A stretch of DNA of 64,000 nucleotides, taken from positions 37,439 to 101,438 of the forward strand of contig CAXXTC010000003.1 of assembly GCA_963666925.2 (NCBI GenBank), in the 5' to 3' direction. Below are positions 31,348-39,817 of the stretch, one piece after another (the stretch's first letter is position 1; each line of letters begins with the position of its first letter). The position numbers were made by a program, and so were the translations under genes. The stretch is from Phycisphaerae bacterium. GTDB lineage: Bacteria; Planctomycetota; Phycisphaerae; UBA1845; Fen-1342. Under the pieces are notes generated by a model. It was given only the letters and a program-made list of their open reading frames with translations, did no database searches and was not told the DNA's origin.

Positions 31348-32267
31348 CCGGCAGCACGACCACCGACCTGGCCGAACAGCTTGTCAGCACCTGGGACCAG
31401 CAGGGACGCGATGGGTTCCTGCTTTCCGCCCCCGACAGTGCAGACATCGCCACACGCGAAGCGTTCGACGAGCAAAGCGGCGTGCACTTCCGCTTCCGTT
31501 GGATGCCGCACCGCGAAATCCGTGGCGACGTGGCCGAGTTGCAACGCCGCGGCATCCTCAACCCGAATCGCGACGAGAGCAAGCTGTTTCGGGACCCGCG
31601 CGATCCCTCCGGCCGACACTGCTTCCTCTGCCGCGACAACATCCGCGAGTGCCACCCGATGGAGCGCCTGGTACCGGTACGGTTAGCCGGCCAGGACTAT
31701 CTGGCCGGTGCGAATTTCGCCTGGATCGAGCGCGACCACTTCACGGTCATGCCGGTCGAGCACGTCGACCAGGAATACTCCGCCCACGCCCTGGAAGCGA
31801 TGCTGGATCTGCACCAGCAGGCCGGCGGAAAGTTCCGCGTGCTGTTCAATGGCCCCGGCGCGGGCGCCACGATCCCCTGGCACATGCACTTCCAGATCAC
31901 CACGGCCAGCATGCCGATCGAAACCATCGATCCTGCCCGAACCGAGCACTATCCGACCATGGTGCACCGGTTCCAAGCCAACGATCAGGGCCAGGCCGAC
32001 GCACACGAGGCCGCCAGCGCATGGATCGGACGCGATCCGGAAAATCACACGGTGAATGTGCTGGTTGCCACCCCCGATAACCAGTCACAGGTGTTCATCT
32101 TCCTGCGCGACAAGCGCCGGGCGAAGGCCACGAATAAGGGACTCGTCGGCGGATTCGAAGTCGCGGGAGATTTCGTGCTCAGCGCTCCGCCGGAAGAGGC
32201 CGTGTTCAACTCCGCCTCAGCAGAATTGGCCCACTCGATCCTCAGCCAGGTGCGCCCGGAAGCATAG
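31344..32267 (+). CDS. DUF4922-like HIT-superfamily nucleotide(-sugar) phosphorylase
   Basis: CFLC near the N-terminus, HFTV...HVDQ, FNGPGAGATIPWHMHFQ (HxHxQ); ATGA overlap with the upstream GT4. Confidence 0.7.
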   Translation: MTGSTTTDLAEQLVSTWDQQGRDGFLLSAPDSADIATREAFDEQSGVHFRFRWMPHREIRGDVAELQRRGILNPNRDESKLFRDPRDPSGRHCFLCRDNIRECHPMERLVPVRLAGQDYLAGANFAWIERDHFTVMPVEHVDQEYSAHALEAMLDLHQQAGGKFRVLFNGPGAGATIPWHMHFQITTASMPIETIDPARTEHYPTMVHRFQANDQGQADAHEAASAWIGRDPENHTVNVLVATPDNQSQVFIFLRDKRRAKATNKGLVGGFEVAGDFVLSAPPEEAVFNSASAELAHSILSQVRPEA

Positions 32268-32291
32268 CGCCCCACGGAAGGCACGTACCTA

Positions 32292-33635
32292 TCAGGTGGT
32301 TTCGAGCATCTGTGCTTCGTAGGTGACCAGCGGGTCGGGCAATTCCGGCACCGGCGCCTCGCGCTTGCTCACGACACGCATCCGGAAACCCTGCAACACG
32401 CTGACAACCTGCTGCGCGATGCCCATCCACGTGAATGAGGCCCGCGCTTTCTGCGAGCCATACTTGGCAAGCTGGTCGCTGATGCGCGCATGCTGAAGCG
32501 GCAGGCACAACGCGTGGCCAAACGCCTCCGGATCAAACGGATTCGCATATAACGCATCTAGACCCCACGCAATCTGCTCCCACAACCCGCCCTCGGTCGT
32601 CACCACCGTCGGCGTGCCACAGGCCATCGCCTCCACCGCGGTCATGCCGAACGGCTCATATCGGCTCGACAACGCAAACACGTCCGCCAGCCGATAATAA
32701 TCCGGCAACTCATCGTCGCCGATGTAATCGCCGAAGATGACACGCTCGCGAATGCCCAGCTCGTCGGCCAGCGCCTTCAGTTCAGCAACCTGCTCGCGCT
32801 CACGCGGCGACGGCTCGGTCGAGCCAACCGCCAACAGCAGCCGGGCATCCGGGGCACGCTCGACAACCGCGGGCATGGCGCGCAGCAACAGGTCGTACCC
32901 CTTGTTGTGGGCCATGCGCCCCAGCGCCAGCACGATCCGCCCGTCGTAGCCGTAATCCGCCTTGAGCGCCTCCCGCGAAGCCCGCGACACCGGGAAAAAC
33001 CGCGCATCGTCATAGCCCGGCGGAACCACGTAAATCTTCCCCGTGGGCGTGTCATAACTGCTGCCAGTTAAGATCTCACGTTGTTGCGGCGTCGTCGCGA
33101 TCAGCCCGGCGCACTCGTCGTAAACCACCTTCTCCTCGCGAATGCGCCGGCGGAAGTTGTACTTCCGCTCGTTCTCCGCAGGATCACCATCCATGTTGTC
33201 ACGTTTCCACGCGCCAATCGAATGCGGCACGTGCACGTGAGGAACCTTGAGAATCCGGCTGAGAGCCTGGCCCGCGAGGCCCGCATCCCAGTAATGACTC
33301 ACGATCGCGGTGTATTGCAGACGCCGCGATTCAACCCAGCGTCGCACGTTCTCCACCCATTCGGGAATCTGCTCGTGCAACGTCTCCTTCGGAATAAACG
33401 CACTCCCACCACACGGGAACCGCAACAGGTTGCACCGGGGCGAGACGCTCTCTTGTCGAGGCTGTTTCTCGAATCGGCGAGTAAGAATGTCGACCTGGTA
33501 GCCCAAGCGCGCCAGGCACTTGCTCAACTCAAGCACGTAGACTACCTGCCCACCCGTATCGGGCTTGCCAAACTCTGGCTCGGCGCCAACGTAGCCGTGA
33601 GTCGAGATCATCATGATCCGTTGTCGTGCGGGCAT
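32292..33635 (-). CDS. mfpsA: Mannosylfructose-phosphate synthase-like GT4
   Basis: ISTHGYV...DTGGQVVYVLEL, TRRFE, CGG..FIPKE, SHYWDAG, PPGYDDARFFPVS, LGRMAHNKGYDLL, SSRYEPFGMTAVEAMACGTP; colinear with Agrobacterium MfpsA as I recall it. Confidence 0.8.
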   Translation of the reverse strand: MPARQRIMMISTHGYVGAEPEFGKPDTGGQVVYVLELSKCLARLGYQVDILTRRFEKQPRQESVSPRCNLLRFPCGGSAFIPKETLHEQIPEWVENVRRWVESRRLQYTAIVSHYWDAGLAGQALSRILKVPHVHVPHSIGAWKRDNMDGDPAENERKYNFRRRIREEKVVYDECAGLIATTPQQREILTGSSYDTPTGKIYVVPPGYDDARFFPVSRASREALKADYGYDGRIVLALGRMAHNKGYDLLLRAMPAVVERAPDARLLLAVGSTEPSPREREQVAELKALADELGIRERVIFGDYIGDDELPDYYRLADVFALSSRYEPFGMTAVEAMACGTPTVVTTEGGLWEQIAWGLDALYANPFDPEAFGHALCLPLQHARISDQLAKYGSQKARASFTWMGIAQQVVSVLQGFRMRVVSKREAPVPELPDPLVTYEAQMLETT

Positions 33636-34231
33636 GACTTATTCTCCTGATACGTGCAAGATCAGCCCCGCCGGCATGCCGGGCTGACGTGGCGACATGA
33701 TTCCCGTACTCAGGCACGTTCCCCGCGGTCCGACCGCAGAATACGACCGCCACCAGCGAGGGGCAACCTGATTCTCCGAAAGCCCCCGTGCGCGAACGCT
33801 CCCGAACACACCGCCCCGAATGGATCTCGAACAAGCCGAGAAACCGGCCACCCGGTCACAATCCTCGAATGCGTCAGGCTCGGTTGTTTGTTCGCAGCAC
33901 ATGCGACCTGGCTGTCTCCGCTGCGCGATCGGTCGCCCCGTCAAGACGCAAAGCGCCGCCAGGACGAGCGGATCCCGCGCCGCGTTCCCAGCCGTGACGT
34001 GGCAGTGGCACTTCCCACCGCAAACTGTGCCACCGACCGGGAGGCAACAATATTCTATCGGTCGTCAGAACTGCGATACTTGAAGTGCGCCAACGCGCCG
34101 GGCGTGGCGTGCGCAGTTGCACGGCTGCATGATCGAACTACGGGAGCATGTCGCAGAACGGCATATGACGCCCGCGCCGCGCATCTGTACGCGTTACAAC
34201 AATCGATCAAAAAAAGGTTATCGGTGCCTGA

Positions 34232-34642
34232 TTACGGCCAGGCCGGCAGCTTGGCATCGCCGGCCGGGGGTTCAAGCATAGCCTTCGGAATGTACTGGGT
34301 CACGTGCCGACCGCCACAATTAGTACACGTCACACCAATCGGTATGCGCGGCGGGACAGTGCTGCGATCCAGTTCCGGCACGAAACGGTGCTTGCAATCG
34401 TTGCAGTAGTACCACAGGTAGACGGCCTGATCGCCACAATCCGGGCAAACGTAGGGGGCGCGGTCATCGCGCGCGTAGCTGAACTCGCCATCCCACTGGC
34501 AAGCCAGGCAGACGCCGTTGCCCGTGAACTGCTCCGAGATCTTCTCCCGACCGCCACGAAAAGTGAAGAAGACTACTGCCGCAGCGGCGATAGCGATGAT
34601 CGCCAATCCACCCATGAGGGCGTTGCGTTGTTGTGCTGCCAC
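34232..34642 (-). CDS. Membrane-anchored Zn-ribbon protein (4 CxxC)
   Basis: N-terminal TM; CLAC, CPDC, CNDC, CTNC; 3 nt downstream of the DUF1559 gene with a GGAGG RBS. Confidence 0.75.
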   Translation of the reverse strand: MAAQQRNALMGGLAIIAIAAAAVVFFTFRGGREKISEQFTGNGVCLACQWDGEFSYARDDRAPYVCPDCGDQAVYLWYYCNDCKHRFVPELDRSTVPPRIPIGVTCTNCGGRHVTQYIPKAMLEPPAGDAKLPAWP

Positions 34643-34645
34643 CCG

Positions 34646-35692
34646 TTACCTCCGATCCTGCGGCGCGTTGGGGAATTCAGCCCAGGCATCGTTCTCCGTC
34701 CGCCAAAGAGCACTGAGCTCTTCAGGATAGTCGTAGGGATGCACGTTGTTCAGACCAACCGGGCCGACCCACTTGCCGCCGGCGTTGCCGTTGTCCTTGA
34801 TCTGGCCGGCCATGGGCTGCCGCCCAGCGAAGGAGGGGTTACCAATGGGATTGGAGGGCGAAGGCAGATAAGGATCGTCATAGATGCGCACCGGGCTCTC
34901 GCCGGGCAACCAGGAGAAGTGCCGCGCCGTATCGACGGTCTCGAAGTACAGCGAGGTCACGTCATCCGCGCGGCGCAAAGGCTCGACGGAGGCCACATGC
35001 CCGTCGCAGAAGAGCATCTGGGCCGCGCGCTTCGAGCCGTGCCGCCAGCCGATCATGTTGCACCATTCGTGCGGCCAGTAGAGAGCATCAGGCGTCCCGC
35101 CAAAGACCGTCGGCGAAAGCAGCCAGGCAGCATTAAGCGAACCGAACCAAGTCCACCAGCCGTCCGCCACCCGAACCTGTCGTGACGCGTCCGTGAAACG
35201 ATCTTCCTTGAAGTTAAAATGCATCTGGGCATTGAGGGCATAGCTGGTGCGCACACCCCACTTCATCGTTTCATCGACCCCGAACTTGTCCACGAACGTG
35301 AAGCCCCAGCCCTCTCCGCGGACCGCAGTAACCTCGTCCGGGTGGTTGTCCACCGGGCAGATCTGCGCGTCGGGGTTACCCAGATAGCCGCGGTCGAACA
35401 GCACATCGACCCAGGAATACAGAACCCAACCGCTGGCATCACGGAAGCTCGAGTCAGCCTCGCCGTCGTCCCAACTCGGACCGTACTCGCGATTCTCCGC
35501 GTAACAGTTGTCCATCGCCTGACCGAGCGAGCGCTGATTCACGCCACACTTGGCCGTCTTGGAGTACTCACGCGCCCGGCTCAATCCGGGTAGCAGAATC
35601 GAGATCAACAAGGCAATGATCGCAATTACGACGAGCAACTCGATGAGCGTAAACCCACGCCGACTGGCGGGGACCTTACCGATCGTGATCAT
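34646..35692 (-). CDS. Prepilin-type N-terminal cleavage / DUF1559 (H-X9-DG) protein
   Basis: [54 protein letters not shown]. Confidence 0.92.
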   Translation of the reverse strand: MITIGKVPASRRGFTLIELLVVIAIIALLISILLPGLSRAREYSKTAKCGVNQRSLGQAMDNCYAENREYGPSWDDGEADSSFRDASGWVLYSWVDVLFDRGYLGNPDAQICPVDNHPDEVTAVRGEGWGFTFVDKFGVDETMKWGVRTSYALNAQMHFNFKEDRFTDASRQVRVADGWWTWFGSLNAAWLLSPTVFGGTPDALYWPHEWCNMIGWRHGSKRAAQMLFCDGHVASVEPLRRADDVTSLYFETVDTARHFSWLPGESPVRIYDDPYLPSPSNPIGNPSFAGRQPMAGQIKDNGNAGGKWVGPVGLNNVHPYDYPEELSALWRTENDAWAEFPNAPQDRR

Positions 35693-35886
35693 GACTTTCG
35701 CTCCCTGATATTGGCGCACCACACGCGCATGAAGCACTGGCCCGCTCCGTGACATCGAGCAGCACAGCGGCGGACGTCTGATATCGTCGCGCGTAATTCT
35801 AGCACGTTCTACCCGTCGGGGCCCAATATTTTCTCCAAACGGACCGGGGCCACCCCTGAAATCCGCCATCTACTTTAACGGCAGGG

Positions 35887-35928
35887 TGATATAATCATCT
35901 TGACCGATCCAATGCCGGTCGCTAGATT
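35887..35928 (+). promoter_or_regulatory. Sigma-70-type promoter elements for the rightward secreted-protein genes
   Basis: Extended -10 TG-A-TATAAT (35887-35895) and TTGACC-17 nt-TAGATT (35900-35928). Confidence 0.55.
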
Positions 35929-36201
35929 AATGGATTGAGGAAGGAAGTGCGCTCCTCATCGCCCGGGGTACCCCGTCCAGTGGTCCCTAACGGCGAAGCG
36001 AGGAGGAGAAGACAGATCCTCGGCGATTTCGTGCGATCCTGCTGTGTGGCGCCTCATTGCGGCATCGGCCGCGACTTCGCTGGCCGGTTCAAAAAACCGC
36101 CAGAAAGCCCCTCGCACCCAGTATCGGCGTTGATCCGTTCATTTGTAAAAGCTTCCGTAGCGTGATTACAGATCAGGAACACAGAGAATGGAGATTGTGA
36201 A

Positions 36202-38653
36202 ATGAGGACAGGATGCTTGCTGATTGGAGCGCTGCTGTTGGTGCTCCCCGCCACCGCCCAGCCCGTCATCGACGGCCACCGCCGACGCCCTCTACGGCGC
36301 CCAAGTCTATACGCAGGGACACCCAGACTGGCTTCGGCGACAACACTCTGGACACCTGCGACACCGCCGACGGGTCCGAGCTGGACGGCCTCTACATCTA
36401 TATCGACGACTGCACGCTGTACCTGGTCGCCGCCGGTAACATCCACGACTACAACAAGTTGGAGCTTTTCTTCGACACCCCGCGCGGGTGGCTATCAGCA
36501 GCTCCCAGCCGGCCACCCCCAGTGGGTCTTGGCCCGAATGGGCGATGATGGCTCGGGCAATGGCCCTGAAATTCGACGACGGCTTCGAGGCCGACTATTT
36601 CCTGGCCGTCAACGCCGGCTCCGACAGCGACACCTACGCCGTTTGGGTCGACTACGCCGAGGTAGATCCGGCCGGTATTTACTACTACGTCGGCAAGGGA
36701 TTCGCCTGCGACGATGGCATGCTGGATGAGGACGCCGGTGGGAACAACCCCTACGGCATCATGTGCACCCTCAACAACAGCAATATCGCCGGTGTTACCG
36801 GCGGAAGCGGTGCCGGCAACCTGCCTCCGCAAGACCCTGGGGCCGTTACCACAGGCGTCGAGATGGCCATCCCGCTTGAGATCATCGGTGTCCCCAACGG
36901 TGACTTTAAGATGTGCCTGTTCATCAATGGTGTGAGTCACGACTACCTCTCGAATCAGGTCCTCCAGGGCATCGGCTACGGCGACAACCTGGGCGAGCCG
37001 CGCAACGTCGACTTCACCACCATCGGTGGCGCGCCGGCGGCCGACGACCAGTTCGTCGTCATCACCAACTCGAATGACTGCGGTGCCTGCTGCTACGGCG
37101 ACCCCCTCGAGTGCATCGTGACCACCGCCGCAGAGTGCGCCGGCTTGGGTGGCACCCACTTCATGGGCTTCACCTGTGACGAAATCTCCTGTGGTGACCC
37201 CGTCGGCGCTTGCTGCTACGACGACGAGAGCTGCCAGGATCTGACCGAGGTCGCCTGCATCGCCGACGGCGGTGAGTGGCTCGGCGGCGAGAGCACCTGC
37301 CTGACCAACCCCTGCACCTTCGGCGCCTGCTGCTACGACGACGGCCGGGCGGCGGCGTGTATCGACGGAATCCGTCAGGATGAGTGCCTGGATACCTACG
37401 CCGGTACCTGGCAGGGTGATGGCTCCTCCTGCGATCCGAACCCCTGCAATTCCGGCGCCTGCTGCGTCGGCGCTGTCTGTGTCGACAACGTCTCTGAGCA
37501 GATCTGTGTGTATTCCGGCGGTACGTTCCTGGGTGACGCTACCATCTGTGCTGTCGGTAGCTGCGGCAACTCCGCCGGCCAGCCCGTGGTTGACGGCATC
37601 CTCGATGCCGGCTATGGCACCGCGCTCGCCGTCCAGGACACCAAGACCGAGTATGGCAACAACACCGACGCCACGATCGACACCGCCGACGGCTCCGAGT
37701 TGGATGCCGCCTACGCGATGATCATCGACGACACGTTGTTCCTGCTCGTCACCGGCAACCTGCAGAGCAATTACAACAAGCTCTATCTGTGGTTCGACGT
37801 TCGCGACGGTGGCCAGAACGTCCTGCGCGACGACAACCCAGACAACATCGATTACGGCAACATGAACAACGCCGCCGGCCTGACCTTTGACGTCGACTTC
37901 GATGCCGACTACCACCTGAACATCAACAACGGCAACGGCAATGTCTACGCTAAACTTCGCCGAGCTGCGCTGCTGCGATCCCGACTGGGACGTTGAGGGC
38001 GTGGGTGTCTACATCGGTGAAGGCCGCACCGCCGGCTCCGACCTGGCACCGCTGTTCCCCCTACGGCGAAGGTGCGGACAAGTCGCTGCTGGTGCTCGGC
38101 ACGATGGATCTGAGTAACGTGGGCGGTGTTGGTGGCGGCACCACGCTGGTCGACGACCCGCCCGTTGCGCCGGATACCTATCCGGACACCGTCACCACCG
38201 GTATGGAAATCGCCATCCCGCTGGCCGCGATCGGCAACCCGATCGATCAGTTCGACGTCTGTGCTTACCTCGGCAACAGCGACTTCGTGACACATGTCCA
38301 ACCAGGTCCTGCCGCCCATCGGTGGCGGAGGTAACCTGGGCACCAATGTCTGCGGTGGACTTCTCGGCGATCGCCGGTGACCAGTTCTTCACCATCGTGA
38401 TCCCCGAGGCCGAGAATTGCGCCGGCGATTCGGACTGCAGTGGCGGCGAAACCCCCGATCACCTTCGATGACATCGACTTCTTCGTTGCCGCCCTGGTCA
38501 GCGAAGCGGACTGGACCACCCTGCACGGCGGCAGCCCGACGTGCGACTACCTGGGCAACAACGACTGCGATTTCAACGGATCGGTCAACTTCGACGACAT
38601 CGATCCGTTCGTAGACGCGCTGGTCAGCGGCCAGTGCGCCCAGCCGCCTGAAT
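36202..38653 (+). CDS. Secreted protein: two repeated beta-rich (CBM9/DOMON-like) domains, four GACC Cys-rich repeats and a dockerin-like tail; broken by multiple frameshifts (probably sequencing errors)
   Basis: Signal peptide MRTGCLL...ATA|QPVIDG; ORF fragments join into QP.(I/V)DG..D..YG...QDT.T.(F/Y)G.N...DTADGSELD twice; +1 insertions at ~36277, 36317, 36480, 36565, 37953 and more between 38020 and 38457. Confidence 0.75.
37078..37565 (+). repeat. Four GACC cysteine-rich repeats
   Basis: GACCYGD, GACCYDD, GACCYDD, GACCVG, each followed by C...C..GG.(W/F).G...C. Confidence 0.85.
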
Positions 38654-38795
38654 AGGCTGAGTTTTGGAGGAGGAGGAGTGATAGCTCGGCCGGGCGGGCG
38701 CTCCGGCGCCGCCCGGACCGGGATGTTTGAGCGAGCCTTTTTGTATGGGTACCGGTACAGTTGCCGGACCTCGGAGAACCTGAGGAGGATTTCTT

Positions 38796-39503
38796 ATGAA
38801 GTATGCACTTGGATTGAGTGTGGCTTTGGCGCTGGTTGCGATGCCGGCCTTCGCCATTGACACCCCGCACGTCGCGGGCATCGCTGGGAATTGGGATGGA
38901 AACGCCTACCCGATGACCGAAGTTGAGACCGGTGTCTGGGAATACATCTTCACCGGCCTGGACGAAGGTCGCCAGCAGTACAAGATCACCGACGGCACCT
39001 GGGATAACAGCCTCCCGGGCGGCTCCAACAGTTGGGTGTACGTTGGCGCCGACGGCAATCTCACGCTGACCTACAACGCGAATGAGGTTCTGGATGGCTG
39101 GGCGCCGTCGATCGACCGTTTCGGCCAGAGCACCGACTCGCCGACCGGCTGGATCGCTGCGGGCAGTTTCCAGAGCTTCTACGGCGGCGACGACTGGGAC
39201 GTCGGCAATACCGCCACCGAGATGACGTCCATGGGCGGCGGCATCTACATGTTCGAAGCCGCCGGCCTGGCCGAGGGCGAATACGACTGGAAAGCCTGTG
39301 TCAAGGATGGCAATTGGGATTCGATCAGTTGGAACGAACGCAGTTTCAATACTCAAAACATGGCGTTCACCATTTCCGCGGAGAATCCGACCGCCGAACT
39401 CTATGTCGATGCCCTCACCGGCACCGTCAAGGTCGTGTACACCCCCGAGCCCGCTGGCCTCGTGCTGCTGGCCCTGGGCGGCCTGCTGATCCGTCGTCGC
39501 TAA
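38796..39503 (+). CDS. PEP-CTERM protein with two X25/CBM48-like carbohydrate-binding modules
   Basis: GAGGAGG RBS; signal peptide; two AG..(N/D)WD...MT...G.(W/Y)....GL.EG...(Y/W)K...G.WD units; TPEPAGLVLLALGGLLIRRR tail. Confidence 0.88.
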   Translation: MKYALGLSVALALVAMPAFAIDTPHVAGIAGNWDGNAYPMTEVETGVWEYIFTGLDEGRQQYKITDGTWDNSLPGGSNSWVYVGADGNLTLTYNANEVLDGWAPSIDRFGQSTDSPTGWIAAGSFQSFYGGDDWDVGNTATEMTSMGGGIYMFEAAGLAEGEYDWKACVKDGNWDSISWNERSFNTQNMAFTISAENPTAELYVDALTGTVKVVYTPEPAGLVLLALGGLLIRRR

Positions 39504-39817
39504 TCCGACGACCTCGGCAGATTCTCTGACCGAAAACCGGGCGTGGTTGCTCCTACGCGAGCGGCCACGCCCGCTTCTTGCGCTCCCCCGGCACCATACC
39601 GAGCATGCCATCGCCATGCCCACCCCCGCTCCAAACGACCTGATCGCACTTTCTCATTGCCTCCCGCGTCCTCAATAAGGTATCCTGAATTACTGAAGCG
39701 TTGGGAAACGGGCTCTGGCCCCGTGCCCTGGGACTGCCAGCCGAGCACTCCGGGCGGTGAGTCAGGCCCAGAATAAGGGTTCCAGATATGTTGTCCTGGG
39801 GGACAAGGAGATTCCCG

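Noticed and set aside
34186..34198. TGTACGCGTTACA as a LacI-type operator for the sugar cluster
   Set aside because: Imperfect 13-bp palindrome, single copy, far from the mfpsA start, and no LacI gene in the window
33654..34231. ORFs in the spacer between mfpsA and the Zn-ribbon gene
   Set aside because: No RBS, motif or typical composition; treated as non-coding
37994..37996. TGA ending ORF 36488-37996 as a possible second Sec codon
   Set aside because: Reached only after the +1 frameshift at ~37953; out of frame in the repaired gene
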